A DNA stretch of 64,000 nt from Eledone cirrhosa (Eukaryota): assembly GCA_964016885.1 (NCBI GenBank), contig OZ024741.1:8432001-8496000 (forward strand), written 5' to 3'. Position numbers and translations under genes: made by a program. Positions 27,040 through 40,922 of the stretch are shown here, piece after piece. The notes beneath the pieces are model-generated. The model ran no database searches. It worked only from the letters and a program-made list of their open reading frames with translations, and had not been told where the DNA came from. How positions within the stretch are numbered: the first letter of the stretch is position 1; each line of letters opens with the position of its first letter.

Positions 27040-30000
27040 ATGTGGTGTGGTGTGGTGGTGTGGTGGTGTGGTGTGGAGTGGTGGTGTGGTGGTGTGGTGT
27101 GGTGGTGTGGTGGTGTGGTGTGGAGTGGTGGTGTGGTGGTGTGGTGTGATGTGGTGGTGTGGTGTGGTGGTGTGGTGTGGTGTGGTGGTGTGGTGTGGTG
27201 TGGTGTGGTGTGGAGTGGTGGTGTGGTGGTGTGGTGTGGTGGTGTGGTGGTGTGGTGTGGAGTGGTGGTGTGGTGGTGTGGTGTGATGTGGTGGTGTGGT
27301 GTGGTGGTGTGGTGTGGTGTGGTGGTGTGGTGTGGTGTGGTGGTGTGGTGTGGTGTGGTGTGGAGTGATGGTGTGGTGTGGTGGTGTGGTGTGGAGTGAT
27401 GGTGTGGTGTGGAGTGGTGGTGTGGTGTGGTGGTGTGGTGTGATGTGGTGGTGTGGTGTGGAGTGATGGTGTGGTGTGGAGTGGTGGTGTGGTGTGGTGG
27501 TGTGGTGTGATGTGGTGGTGTGGTGTGGAGTGATGGTGTGGTGTGGTGGTGTGGTGTGGTGTGGTGGTGTGGTGTGATGTGGTGGTGTGGTGTGGAGTGA
27601 TGGTGTGGTGGTGTGGAGTGGTGGTGTGGTGGTGTGGTGTGATGTAGTGGTGTGGAGGGGCGGTGTGGTGGTGTGGAGGGTGGTGTGGTGGTGTGGTGGT
27701 GTGGTGTGGTGTGATGTGGTGGTGTGGTGGTGTGGTGGTGTGGTGTGGTGTGGTGTGGTGTGGTGTGGTGGTGTGGTGTGGAGTGGTGGTGTGGTGGTGT
27801 GGAGGGGTGGTGTGGTGGTGTGGTGGTGTGGTGTGGTGGTGTGGTGTGGTGTGATGTGGTGGTGTGGTGGTGTGGTGTGATGTGGTGGTGTGGTGTGATG
27901 TGGTGGTGTGGAGTGGTGGTGTGGTGTGGTGGTGTGGTGTGGTGGTGTGGTGTGGTGAGGTGTGGTGGTGTGGTGTGGTGGTGTGGTGTGGAGTGGTGGT
28001 GTGGTGGTGTGGTGGTGTGGTGTGGTGTGGTGTGGTGGTGTGGTGTGGAGTGGTGGTGTGGTGGTGTGGTGTGGTGGTGTGGTGTGGTGTGGTGTGGTGG
28101 TGTGGTGTGGTGTGGTGGTGTGGTGGTGTGGTGTGGTGTGGTGTGGTGGTGTGGTGGTGTGGTGGTGTGGTGTGGAGTGGTGGTGTGGTGGTGTGGTGGT
28201 GTGGTGGTGTGGTGGTGGTGTGGTGGTGTGGAGTGGTGGTGTGGTGGTGTGGAGGGGTGGTGTGGTGGTGTGGTGGCGTGGTGTGGTGGTCTGGTGTGGT
28301 GTGGTGTGGTGGTGTGAGTGGTGGTGTGGTGGTGTGGTGTGGTGGTGTGGTGTGGTGGTGTGGTGGTGTGGTGGTGTGGTGGTGTGGTGTGGTGGTGTGG
28401 TGTGGTGGTGTGGTGGTGTGGTGTGGTGGTGTGGTGGTGTGGTGTGGTGTGGTGGTGTGAGTGGTGGTGTGGTGGTGTGGTGTGGTGGTGTGGTGTGGTG
28501 GTGTGGTGGTGTGGTGGTGTGGTGTGGTGTGGTGGTGTGGTGTGGTGGTGTGGTGGTGTGGTGTGGTGGTGTGGTGCTGTGGTGTGGTGTGGTGGTGTGG
28601 TGTGGTGGTGTGAGTGGTGGTGTGGTGGTGTGGTGGTGTGGTGCTGTGGTGTGGTGTGGTGGTGTGGTGCTGTGGTGTGGTGTGGTGGTGTGGTGTGGTG
28701 TGGTGGTGTGGTGTGGTGGTGTGGTGTGGTGGTGTGGTGTGGTGTGGTAGTGTGGTGTGGTGGTGTGGTGTGGTGGTGTGGTGTGGTGGTGTGGTGGTGT
28801 GGTGCTGTGGTGTGGTGTGGTGGTGTGGTGCTGTGGTGTGGTGTGGTGGTGTGGTGTGGTGTGGTGGTGTGGTGTGGTGGTGTGGTGTGGTGGTGTGGTG
28901 CTGTGGTGTGGTGTGGTGGTGTGGTGTGGTGGTGTGGTGTGGTGGTGTGGTGTGGTGTGGTGGTGTGGTGTGGTGGTGTGGTGTGGAGTGGTGGTGTGGT
29001 GGTGTGGTGGTGTGGTGTGGTGGTGTGGTGTGGTGTGGTGGTGTGGTGTGGAGTGGTGGTGTGGTGGTGTGGTGGTGTGGTGTGGTGTGGTGGTGTGGTG
29101 TGGTGGTGTGGTGTGGAGTGGTGGTGTGGTGGTGTGGTGCTGTGGAGTGGTGTCGTGGTGTGGTGTGGTGGTGTGGTGTGGAGTGGTGGTGTGGTGGTGT
29201 GGTGGTGTGGTGTGGTGGTGTGGTGTGGTGTGGTGGTGTGGTGGAGTGGTGGTGTGGTGGTGTGGTGTGGTGGTGTGGTGTGGTGTGGTGTGGTGGTGTG
29301 GTGTGGTGGTGTGGTGTGGAGTGGTGGTGTGGTGTGGTGGTGTGGTGTGATGTGGTGGTGTGGTGGTGTGGTGGTGTGGTGGTGTGGTTTGGTGGTGTGG
29401 TGTGGTGTGGTGGTGTGGTGTGGTGGTGTGGTGTGGAGTGGTGGTGTGGTGGTGTGGAGGGGTGGTGTGGTGGTGTGGTGGTGTGGTGTGGTGGTGTGGT
29501 GTGGTGCGGTGTGGTGTGGTGTGGTGTGGTGTAGTGTGATGTGGTGTGATGTGGTGTGATGTGGTGTGGTGTGATGTGGTGGTGTGGTGATGTGATGGTG
29601 TGGTGTGGTGTGGTGTGGTGGTGTGGTGTGGAGTGGTGGTGTGGTGGTGTGGTGTGGTGGTGTGGTGTGGTGTGGTGTGGTGGTGTGGAGTGGTGGTGTG
29701 GTGGTGTGGTGGTGTGGTGTGGTGTGGTGTGGTGGTGTGGTGTGGTGTGGTGGTGTGGTGTGGAGTGGTGGTGTGGTGGTGTGGTGGTCTGGTGGTGGTG
29801 TGGTGGTGTGGAGTGGTGGTGTGGTGGTGTGGAAGAGTGGTGTGGTGGTGTGGTGGTGTGGTGTGGTGGTGTGGTGTGGTGTGGTGTGGTGGTGTGAGTG
29901 GTGGTGTGGTGGTGTGGTGTGGTGGTGTGGTGTGGTGGTGTGGTGGTGTGGTGTGGTGTGATGTGGTGGTGTGAGTGGTGGTGTGGTGTCAGCATTCAAC

Positions 30001-31878
30001 ACTGACACCACACCACACCACTCACACCACCACATCACACCACTCACACCACCACATCACACCACACCACACCACCACACCACCACACCACACCACCACA
30101 CCACACCACAGCACCACCACACCACCACACCACCACACCACCACACCACACCACCACACCACAGCACCACCACACCACCACACCACCACACCACCACACC
30201 ACCACACCACCACACCACACCACAGCACCACCACACCACCACACCACACCACACCACACCACACCACAGCACCACCACACCACCACACCACCACTCCACA
30301 CTACCACACCACACCCACACCACACCACCACACCACACCACCACACCACACGACAGCACCATCACACCACCACTCACACCACCACACCACACCACCACAC
30401 CACACCACCACACCACACCACCACACCACACCACCACACCACACCACCACACCACACCACCACACCACCACACCACCACTCACACCACCACACCACACCA
30501 CCACACCACCACACCACACCACCACACCACACCACCACCACACCACACCACCACACCACCACACCACACCACCACCACATCACACCACCACACCACACCA
30601 CCACACCACACCACCACACCACACCACCACACCACCACACCACCACTCCACACCACCACAACACAGCACCACCACACAATCACACCACACCACACCACAC
30701 CACAGCACCACCACACCACCACACCACCACACCACCACACCACCACACCACACCTCCACACAACCACTCCACACCACCACACCACACCACACCACCACAC
30801 CACACCACCACTCACACCACCACTCACAACACCACACCACACCACACCACACCACCATCACACCACACCATTACACCACCACACCACCACACCACCACAC
30901 CACACCACACCACACCACACCACCACACCACACCACACCAACACACCACACCACCACACCACACCACCAGACCACAACATACCACCACACCACACCACCA
31001 CACCACACCACCACTCACACCACCACATCACACCACCACACCACCACACGACCACACCACACCACACCACATCACACCACACCACACCACCACACCACAC
31101 CACACCACACCACATCACACCACACCACACCACCAGACCACACCACCACACCACACCACCACACCACCACACCACCACTCCACACCACCACACCACACCA
31201 CCATCACACCACACCACCACACCACCACACCACCACACCACCACACCACACCACTCACACCACCACATCACATCACACCACACCACACCACACCACCACA
31301 CCACCACACCACCACACCACCACACCACCACACCACCACACCACACCACACCACAGCACCAGCACACCACCACACCACCACACCACCACACCACACCACC
31401 ACATCACACCACACCACCACACCACCACTCCACACCACCACACCACACCACACCACCACACCACACCACCACACCACACCACAGCACCATCCCCCCACAC
31501 CACCACACCACCACACCACACCACCAGACCACACCACCACACCACCACTCACACCACCACACCACACCACACCACACCACACCACACCACACCACACCAC
31601 ACCACACCACACCACAGCACCACCACACCACCACACCACCACACCACCACACCACCACTCACACCACCACACCACACCACCACACCACCACACCACCACA
31701 CCACCACTCACACCACCACACCACACCACACCACACCACACCACACCACACCACACACCACCACACCACACCACACCACACCACACCACACCACACCACA
31801 GCACCACCACACCACCACACCACCACACCACCACACCACCACTCACACCACCACACCACACCACACCACCACACCACA
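27040..31878. repeat. GGTGT/GGT satellite (27040-29990) followed by its reverse complement ACACC/ACC (30002-31878)
   Basis: Direct reading; orientation flips at GTGGTGTCAG-CATTCAACA-CTGACACCAC. Confidence 0.95.
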
Positions 31879-31999
31879 GCGGAGTCTGTCAAGATTTCAC
31901 TGGACTATAAAAATGACGAGACTCGTTTTGAGCTCGTAAATTGATGAGAATTTTAGACTCACTGTGAATTTAATGGTGAAGAGACACGTGGTTATTGCT

Positions 32000-32196
32000 G
32001 GTGGTGGAAATGGTAATGGTGGTGGTGTTGGGGTGGTAGGGTGGTGGAGTGGTAGGGTGGTGGTGGTGATGGTGGTGGTGGTGGTGTGGTGTTGGGGTAG
32101 TGAAAATGGTGGTGGTGTGGTGGTGGTGGTGGTGAAGGTGGTAGTGGTGGTGGTGGTGTTGCACTATACAACTGTAGTGATATACTACTACTACTA

Positions 32197-32228
<32 letters not shown>

Positions 32229-32253
32229 GCTACTGTTGTTACTGCCGCTGCTG

Positions 32254-32291
<38 letters not shown>

Positions 32292-32340
32292 GTTGTTACT
32301 GCCGCTGCTGCTACTACTACTACTGTTGTTACTGTTGCTG

Positions 32341-32412
<72 letters not shown>
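32000..32412. repeat. (GGT)n and (TAC/TGC)n microsatellites
   Basis: Direct reading. Confidence 0.9.
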
Positions 32413-32641
32413 AGCAACGTATGTGATTACAGCAGAACTACTTTAAACTGCAACTCTATATAAATGAGGTGCCGTTTATGTTTACCTGAGAAGTAAAATA
32501 TTCTCATTTGACCCTCCAACGTTACAAGGGAAATACGAATTGTTTTCCATGTGTAGGTATATGAACAAATTCCTCCCTAGAATAGATTTCAACTGTATAC
32601 TGTTCCTATTAACATTTGCAGAGATCATTGTTTAATGCCAA

Positions 32642-32833
32642 CTGGCAGGATTGGTAGTATCGGTAGAGGGTCGGACGCCATGCTTTGAAGCATAGAGTTA
32701 CCTCCCTTTATGATCTGAGTTCAAATCCCGCCGAGGTTAACTTTGCCTTTCATCCTTACGGGGTCGATAAAATAAAGTACCTGTAATGCACTGGGATAAT
32801 TGTTGGCCTTGTGCCAAAAGTAGAAACAATTAT
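32642..32833 (+). mobile_element. tRNA-derived SINE, family A
   Basis: Near full-length copy with B-box GAGTTCAAATCCC. Confidence 0.8.
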
Positions 32834-33499
32834 TGTAGTAACCCTCTGCTATACAGTCATATACTGACCTCCAGAGTACTATAGGTTCCTTTATTCAAGC
32901 AACACACTCACCTGTAAAGGTACTACTAATTCATCATATCTACAGGAGTTCCCAGTTTCTCATCTGTCGGCAGTTCATCAGTCCTATGTTGTCAGACACT
33001 TTATCCAGTCTCTACATCCGATCGAAAGAATTAAATAATTCTACCCTCCTACCTTTATTCTACGATCCTTAAACAGGGTTCTCCCATATCAACGAAAGCT
33101 ACATTGGTGCCTCCCCCCTCCATATCACAAGAGGTTGACGTTGTCACTAATAACCTTGATGGTGACCCACGTATTCATCCCACCCTAATATTGTGACACC
33201 AGTTTATGGTCAGGTGTGGTCAGTATAATCTGGGCCCATCTTCAGTATTGAAGATAACGCATATAGATACATACCCCCTACCTTTCCCTATTAAAGAGAT
33301 CCCCCCAGATACTTACGAAGGCTGCATCTAGCTGCTTTTTGCGGGTTAAAAAAGAAAACCCCTTTGGACCTGGCAAGGGACAGAAGCCTTATTTTTCTGT
33401 TTACTAGCTTCTGGCTGAGAGAGGTCTGTTTGCCCATATAAGATGTCCATATGTTAGCTCTACGTGCGAACGTTGTTACTGTCAAACCTATCGATAATG

Positions 33500-34735
33500 T
33501 TGAACTTTTTCTGATGTAATACACCATCTCTAATATATGCTTGATAATTTAGATAGATATATTTCTTTATTTGCCATAAGGGCGCACAAGAAGAGGGGAC
33601 AATACAAAGACATGCCAGGGATTTTACATACAGTCGTGTAAAAATATTGAAACAAACAATTATAACAATCGAAATCCCCAATAGGGGGGGAGGCACCACA
33701 AATGAGTTGTTTAATACCCCGTAGATAGAACAACCCTCAACTTCAGGAGCGTGTTGTGCAAGTGCTCCCTTCTTCCTTTTGCTCTCTTCTTTAACCTACA
33801 GGCTTATAAACAGAGAAGGCCCAATCACTCGGGCCATTTTCGCTTCATTCACCCACCTTTCAGTAAATTTACTGGGGTGCAGTGCCTCTCTTTCCATCCT
33901 GATTCTCCTTCTAAAGTGATACTTAAAGAAGGGAATCAATTGTTATCCGGAGAGAAAGGCATCTGTCCTCAGTCCTCTCAATCTCGTCCACCATATAACC
34001 TCTTTCACCATAGCCTCTATACAGAGGAAAACCGTCTCACTTTCGTTTTTGAAAGAGGCTGGCGGTTTGTTCCTTACTATGGACTCGGCAGTCAACTGGA
34101 CTTTTCCTATACGCGTCAGTAGTTGTTCTGCATAGTTCCACAGGTCGCTTACGCCCGGGCAGTGTACAATTGCGTGCATGACGGCTTCAATGTCCTGCTC
34201 GCATCTTGGATACGTCCTCTTGGAAGGATCCCTGCCGGGGCGTCCGTGCCTGTAGATCTTATCTCGAATGGATAGAGCTCCTCGGTAGCACTGCCAGGCC
34301 AGGGACCTCTGGAAGTTGTCCATAGGTCCCGGGTGGAAAGTCCTACCGAACAGACTGGTGAGCTCGTCGTCTTCGACGCCTAGAGTCTCCCCGAGCACGT
34401 CGTCGCACTTGTAAAGTACTTACCCTCTATAGAATGTCGAAGTGGAGTCTCCACTGATTGCTGTGCCCGCTTGACAGAGGACTGTGAGCTCCTGGGCGCA
34501 TTCAATGTGCCAAGCGCCCATCTTCTTCGGTCTTCGCTTCACGCAGGACTGCAGCTCCGTCAGCAAGACAAGTTGTGGGAAGGCCTGTCTCACAAACGGT
34601 GCCCACACCGGTTGGTCGGTGAAGAATACCTGGAGATGTCGTAGCCTCAGCGCATGTTTGCGCATCATTAGCCACGGCATGCCCAGCCCTCCGTTGGAAG
34701 GGTGTTGACAGCAGACGGACCTCCTCACCAATGGA
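33500..34735 (-). pseudogene. Tx1/L1-clade LINE 3' fragment (post-RT region, degenerate CCHC zinc knuckle, probable 3' UTR)
   Basis: PSNGGLGMP motif; FQRSLAWQCYRGAL...YPRCEQDIEAVMHAIVHCPGVSDLW; frameshifted between ORFs 34420-34770 and 33943-34398. Confidence 0.75.
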
Positions 34736-34869
34736 TAGATAGATAGATAGATCGGTTGACAAGATCCCACATTTCATTCGCGTACCGAATGAGATAAAAC
34801 TCGTCAAATAGGACCAAGGAAACAATGTTTCCATTGGTCTTTCCATTGCCTATACTATCTACCGGTGGC

Positions 34870-34972
34870 AATATACTGTCTTGCTGAAGGACATAGCGCA
34901 TCACCCCGTCTGGGAATCGAACTCACAGCCTTACGATTGTGAATCCAATTCACTTACCACTGAGCCAGGTAC
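34870..34972 (-). mobile_element. tRNA-derived SINE family B head
   Basis: Reverse complement TGGCTCAGTGG (A box)...GAGTTCGATTCCC (B box)...GCTATGTCCTTCAGCAAGA. Confidence 0.7.
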
Positions 34973-35417
34973 CGTCACTATGATACTTTACTAGTATTAA
35001 AGAAACTAAAATCTGTGCCATGAGACAAAACTACTGAAAATATCTGATTACGTGGGACCTTCTATGTGGCCAACTGACTTGCTAGAAATAGCAACTACAT
35101 CTTTCTTAAATCACAGTATCCAATGCATTGGTAATGAGGTCCTGGGTTCCATACACATTCGAAAAGTGAGGTTGGTCATGATTGGATTATATTTGATTAT
35201 CGGTTTGCTCGATTATGGCTAACTTGAGCCTAAACAACAACAACAATTATTTGTTAACAAATAATGTACGAAGCCAAATTTTCGGCTTTTGAGGAGCTGA
35301 TGAACATATGATTCCAGTTCCTTTGAGGACTAACAACACACCCAGGAGCTGGACATATCGAGGAATTGACAGAGTGGAACACATTTCAACACCATGTTTT
35401 TTCTGCCTTAGTTCTTA

Positions 35418-35470
35418 CTGCCTGATGAGGTCACAGCCAATAATGGCTGTCACTGAAATATGTATAACAG
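35418..35470 (+). ncRNA. Type I hammerhead ribozyme motif (stem I weakened)
   Basis: CTGC-CTGATGA-G-GTCACAGCCA(ATAA)TGGCTGTCAC-T-GAAA-TATGTA-TA-ACAG; paralogue at 48030-48082. Confidence 0.7.
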
Positions 35471-35611
35471 CGAATTGGAATAAACGAAACCAACTTTAAC
35501 ATGTTTCACTTACACTTATTATTTTACTCCGGAGTAAACAAACCAGCCTGCGCACTTGGTTGAGTGCTCCAATCTGCATACTGAGGTATCGGTAAACAAC
35601 CAACATATACT

Positions 35612-35669
<58 letters not shown>

Positions 35670-35799
35670 GTGGAACACTGGAATGTAATATCCGTAGTGG
35701 TAGAGCACTCAGTCCATGGGACAAGTTAGGTAGAAGTGGTCACACAACAGTTAGTTCACCATACCGAGAACAATTGTTTTACGTTAGCGGATCCTCAGC

Positions 35800-35863
35800 T
35801 CGTAATGGACATGGTTATACTGAACAGGAAACTTCCTGTTCAGTATAACCATGTCCATTACGA
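35800..35863. repeat. Perfect 31-bp-arm palindrome with a 2-nt loop
   Basis: TCGTAATGGACATGGTTATACTGAACAGGAA-AC-TTCCTGTTCAGTATAACCATGTCCATTACGA. Confidence 0.95.
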
Positions 35864-35964
35864 TCAGTAAATAGTTGCTCCGAAGAATCCAAACCTCGGT
35901 TTGGAGGAAACAATTGTAAGCAAATAAATGACTTAAACTGAACTTTGATTATTGTAATCTCTCT

Positions 35965-36018
35965 CTATATATATATGTCTGTGTGTGTGTGTGTATGTAT
36001 ATGTACATATGTATATGC

Positions 36019-36054
<36 letters not shown>

Positions 36055-36080
36055 GTATATGTTTGTGTGTGTATGTGTAT

Positions 36081-36150
<70 letters not shown>

Positions 36151-36173
36151 ATGTGTATATATATGTAGGTATA

Positions 36174-36252
<79 letters not shown>

Positions 36253-37023
36253 TTTTTATATTCTTTTAATCTCCCCTCATCCTTAACAGCACTTTTCAAC
36301 TGCATCTAACTCTTATTTATCACATCTATTTGTATTAGTATAATTTTATCAATATAATTATACCCATCAATTAAATTAATTTTATATCCTTTTCATAGAT
36401 GTATTTCTTTCACTAACACCTTTATCTTAAAACTCTGGTCACCCTAGATATTTGTATTGGCATTAATATACACTTTAGAAATTAATATATAAATTAATTT
36501 TAATTTAGTTAACCTATAATTAATATTCTACTACAGATGAATTACAAAATTCTGCTTTAAATATTATAAACCTAATTAATATACACTTTAGAAATTAATA
36601 TATAAACTATTTTTAATTTAGTTTACCTATAATTATATTCTACTACTGATGAACTACATAATTCCGCTTTAAATATTATAAACCTAATTATTATACACCT
36701 TAGAAATTAATATATAAACTATTTTTATTTTAGTTAACCTATAATTAATATTCTACTAATGATGAACTACATAATTTGGCTTTCCTTCTTACAAATATCA
36801 TTTCCTAAAACTGATACCATTAAGTAAACATATATAATGCTTTAACTTCAGGTTATGACTCTATGTTCCTTGAAACCTATTTATATTTACTATTTCCCAC
36901 TAATAAATTTAATCCCCCCCCCCAATAATTATATGTATATGTAAGTGTGGACGAGTGTATATATAAGTGTGTATGTATGTATATGTGTATGTATGTGAGT
37001 GTAAAAATATATATATATGTGTG

Positions 37024-37056
<33 letters not shown>

Positions 37057-37068
37057 ATATGTGTGTGA

Positions 37069-37104
<36 letters not shown>

Positions 37105-37205
37105 GTCTGTGTGTGTGTGTGTGTGTATGTATATGTACATATGTATATGCGTATATATATATATATATATATATATGGGTATATGTTTGTGTGTGTATGT
37201 GTATG

Positions 37206-37278
<73 letters not shown>

Positions 37279-37315
37279 ATGTGTGTGTGTATGTATGTAT
37301 ATATATGTAGGTATA

Positions 37316-37362
<47 letters not shown>

Positions 37363-37575
37363 TTTTTATATTCTTTTAATCTCCCCTCATCCTTAACAGC
37401 ACTTTTCAACTGCATCTAACTCTTATTTATCACATCTATATGTATTAGTATAATTTTATCAATATAATTATACCCATCATTTAAATTAATTTTGTATCCT
37501 TTTCATAGATGTATTTTTTTCACTAACATCCTTATCTTAAAACTCTGGTCACCCTAGATATTTCTATTGGCATTA
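35965..37575. repeat. Direct duplication (offset 1090 bp) of microsatellite plus unique block, enclosing a ~118-bp tandem repeat (~2.6 copies, 36465-36775)
   Basis: CATTTTTATATTCTTTTAATCTCCCCTCAT... at 36251 and 37341. Confidence 0.9.
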
Positions 37576-38089
37576 CTATTTTATAACAGCAACTGCTTGT
37601 ATACCTTCTACTGACCACCTGACCTAATTTCACCCCTAAAATAAGTTTCAATTACTACTATTTTACCATTTGGCCAATTGTTAACTTTCTATTGGTTAAT
37701 TCTAAACCTCTTACCAAACAGACAGAATATATTTGATCTTTGTTGGTTTTACTCAATGAACAAATAAAATTATTTCTGAGGTCAACATATGACCTACTTC
37801 TTCCCTAAAGTAATCCATTATTATATTGGATCTTTGTTGGTTTTATTCAATGAAAAAATAAAATTATTTCTGAGGTCAACATATGACCTACTTCTTCCCT
37901 AAAGTAATCCTTCATTCATAATACTCTTTTCCATCCAAAACTGAAATCTACTTCCCCTACCCATAATTTAAGGTTCCCCTAATTCTATATCACTATCTTG
38001 ACCTTCACTACCTCCTGATTGGTCAATTCAAAACCTGTTCCCAAACAGACCTATTGTATTGAATCTTTGTTCTTATCAATAAACAAGTA

Positions 38090-38233
38090 TCATTATTTCT
38101 GAAGACAGCATATATATGTGAAGGTATGTATATTCCCTCTGATAGTTTGTATAAATATTGTACATAGATCTATAGAATATGCATACCAACTCTAACACAC
38201 ATATATATCCTAGAAACGATCGTAAAATAATGA
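38090..38233 (+). ncRNA. Type I hammerhead ribozyme motif with greatly extended stem II
   Basis: TCATTATTT-CTGAAGA-107 nt stem II-GAAA-CGATCG-TA-AAATAATGA; 9-bp stem I, palindromic stem III, GUA triplet. Confidence 0.8.
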
Positions 38234-38286
38234 ATTTTTTTTAATATAAGGAACTGTTTCTTTGTTTATTCATTATTTTTTTAATA

Positions 38287-38317
<31 letters not shown>

Positions 38318-38397
38318 CTCAGCGCCTCAAAAGTCTCAATATATATATATAAGTATAAAGAAAGTGGCTCAAGGGTAGAAATGTTATGTTATAATTA

Positions 38398-38896
38398 TCT
38401 ATATATCTAAAACAGAGAATGTCTGTCTGTCTGACCCCCTAAAGCTCGAGAACCACCCAACCGATTGTTTTCAAACTTTACACATGTAATACTTATGCTC
38501 GTGTGAGTGTTTTGAGCAAAACATATTTCAAATTTTCAAAGCCCTAAGGACTGCATCAGGCGCCGGTTAGCGATCTCTCTGTCTTTCTTAGTCTGTCTTT
38601 TTAGATAGATACATAGCTATAACGTCGCGCCCTTATAATATCTGTCTGTATGTCTGGCTGTCTGCATTACGACATTATGACAAATATTGTTCTCATTGCT
38701 GACGTATTATCTTCGCTATTTTTCGTTCATTGCCAGGGAACGTCTTCACGAACCAAAGTATCGTCTTCCTGTTTTCCTTCGGTTGCAACGTTTTTCGAAA
38801 TATTTACTTCTGCATTCTCAGATTGAATTTTTTAAGTTTCAGAAGATCCCATTAAGGGTGAGAGCAGCGATTCTTTGCTTAAACTTTAATCTGTTA

Positions 38897-38994
<98 letters not shown>

Positions 38995-39321
38995 TATATT
39001 CGTGTACAGATATTTTTGCACACACAAAAACAAAATATAAACAAACGTATATATTTCACGAAAGCACAGACGGCTTATCGTTATTGTTATTGCCGAGATG
39101 CCACCCAAAAGGGTCCCACTACTTTTGGCACAAGGCCCACAACTACATAGTCAACGGTTCGGAAATCATATGCATCACTGACGAGTTTACTCCTTACTCT
39201 ACTAGTTAGTCGTAGTGTACTTCGTCCTGCTTTTAGGTCATGCCTGTACTGTTTCAGAAAGGAGGGATAAACATGCCAATCTAGGTTTAGAATCCCGAGC
39301 AACGCCGGGTCATTCTGCTAG
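38398..39321 (+). mobile_element. Non-autonomous Helitron
   Basis: A|TCTATATATCTAAAACAGAG...(GTCT)n...CCCGAGCAACGCCGGG-TCATTCTG-CTAG|T; same 3' hairpin as 25711-26625. Confidence 0.85.
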
Positions 39322-39506
39322 TAGCTTATAAAATAAGATGGAGATCCTTAAAAGACAGAAAGTTACCATAGGCCGCTCCGATGGTAACTTCTTTTTCCGT
39401 CTTTTAAGGGTCTTCATCCTATTTTATAAGCTAACTTTATAGCATTTTTGAACTTGAGCACTTTCTTTCTACTTATAATAATTTGTTCATTTATCTCCAC
39501 AACTAG

Positions 39507-39720
39507 AGTGGCGGATTGACAGAATTGGTAGAGCATAAGATAAAATACCTTGCGGTATTTGTTCTGGGTCTTTACATTCTGAGTTCAAATCTCGCCAAGG
39601 TCAACTTTGCTTTTCGTCGTTTCAGGTTCGATAAAATAAAGTACCAGACATGTACTAGGGTCTTATTAATCAGCTTTGACCTTCCCTCAAATTTACTGGC
39701 ATTGTGCCTAAATTAGAACT
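39507..39720 (+). mobile_element. tRNA-derived SINE, family A (diverged)
   Basis: GAGTTCAAATCTCGCCAAGGTCAACTTTGC...ATAAAATAAAGTACCAG. Confidence 0.7.
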
Positions 39721-40359
39721 TATCTCTACAACAAAAGATACCATAGTTTTCTATAGTGAGCACCGGAAGTATACTTAGAACGCAGCCCATATTATCATTG
39801 CTCCAACACAAACACCATCATTATCAGCACCATCAACATCACCATCATTATCACAACTACCATCATTATCAGCTAATAGTTTCCCCTATCATAGCTGCTA
39901 TTATAATTTATGTCTCACCCCATAACCTCCGTCTTTATTTACCACTACCCCTCCTCCCCCCGCCACCGCTACTACAACTATTACCACCGCCACCACCACC
40001 ACCACCACCACTACCGCCGCCGCCACTACTATATTACCACCACGCCGCCACCACCACCACCACCGCCGCCGCCGCCACTACCACTATTACCACCACCGTC
40101 ACTACCACTATTACGCCCCCCCCTCCTCCACCAATTGAAAAGTAAATATACAGTTGCAACACCAACAATAACTACAACGATTAAAACATCAACAACGACA
40201 ACAGCAATACAACAGCAGTAATTAAAACAAACAACAACAACAATGCTATAATTAGTGTTGTGTGACCTTTGGCAGGTCAACTGCCAAAACGTCTACAATC
40301 CACATCTCTCTGTATCTTTGATACGTCTCATTGAAGAAACTGTTTCCTTATCACTAGCA

Positions 40360-40402
40360 CTACCACTACTACTACTACTACTACTACCACACACCACCAC
40401 CA

Positions 40403-40439
<37 letters not shown>

Positions 40440-40444
40440 CACAC

Positions 40445-40476
<32 letters not shown>

Positions 40477-40539
40477 CATTACTACTACTACCACACACCA
40501 CCACCACTACCACTACTACTACTACTACTACTACCACAC

Positions 40540-40574
<35 letters not shown>

Positions 40575-40586
40575 ACACCACCACCA

Positions 40587-40620
<34 letters not shown>

Positions 40621-40625
40621 CACAC

Positions 40626-40662
<37 letters not shown>

Positions 40663-40683
40663 TTACTACTACTACCACACACC

Positions 40684-40718
<35 letters not shown>

Positions 40719-40762
40719 CACACACCACCACCACTACCACCTCTACTACTACTACTACCACA

Positions 40763-40816
<54 letters not shown>

Positions 40817-40863
40817 CACACACCACCACCACTACCACCACTACCACCACCACTACCACCACT

Positions 40864-40922
<59 letters not shown>

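Noticed and set aside
26904-31944. His/Thr/Pro-rich ORFs up to 1047 aa; telomere-like TG repeats
   Set aside because: Satellite translations; the repeat is not TTAGGG and is interstitial
32945-32985. Minus-strand CTGATGA...GAAA
   Set aside because: Stem III and the UH cleavage site cannot be formed
34870-34972. tRNA gene
   Set aside because: A/B boxes run into a SINE body with no acceptor stem; this is a SINE head
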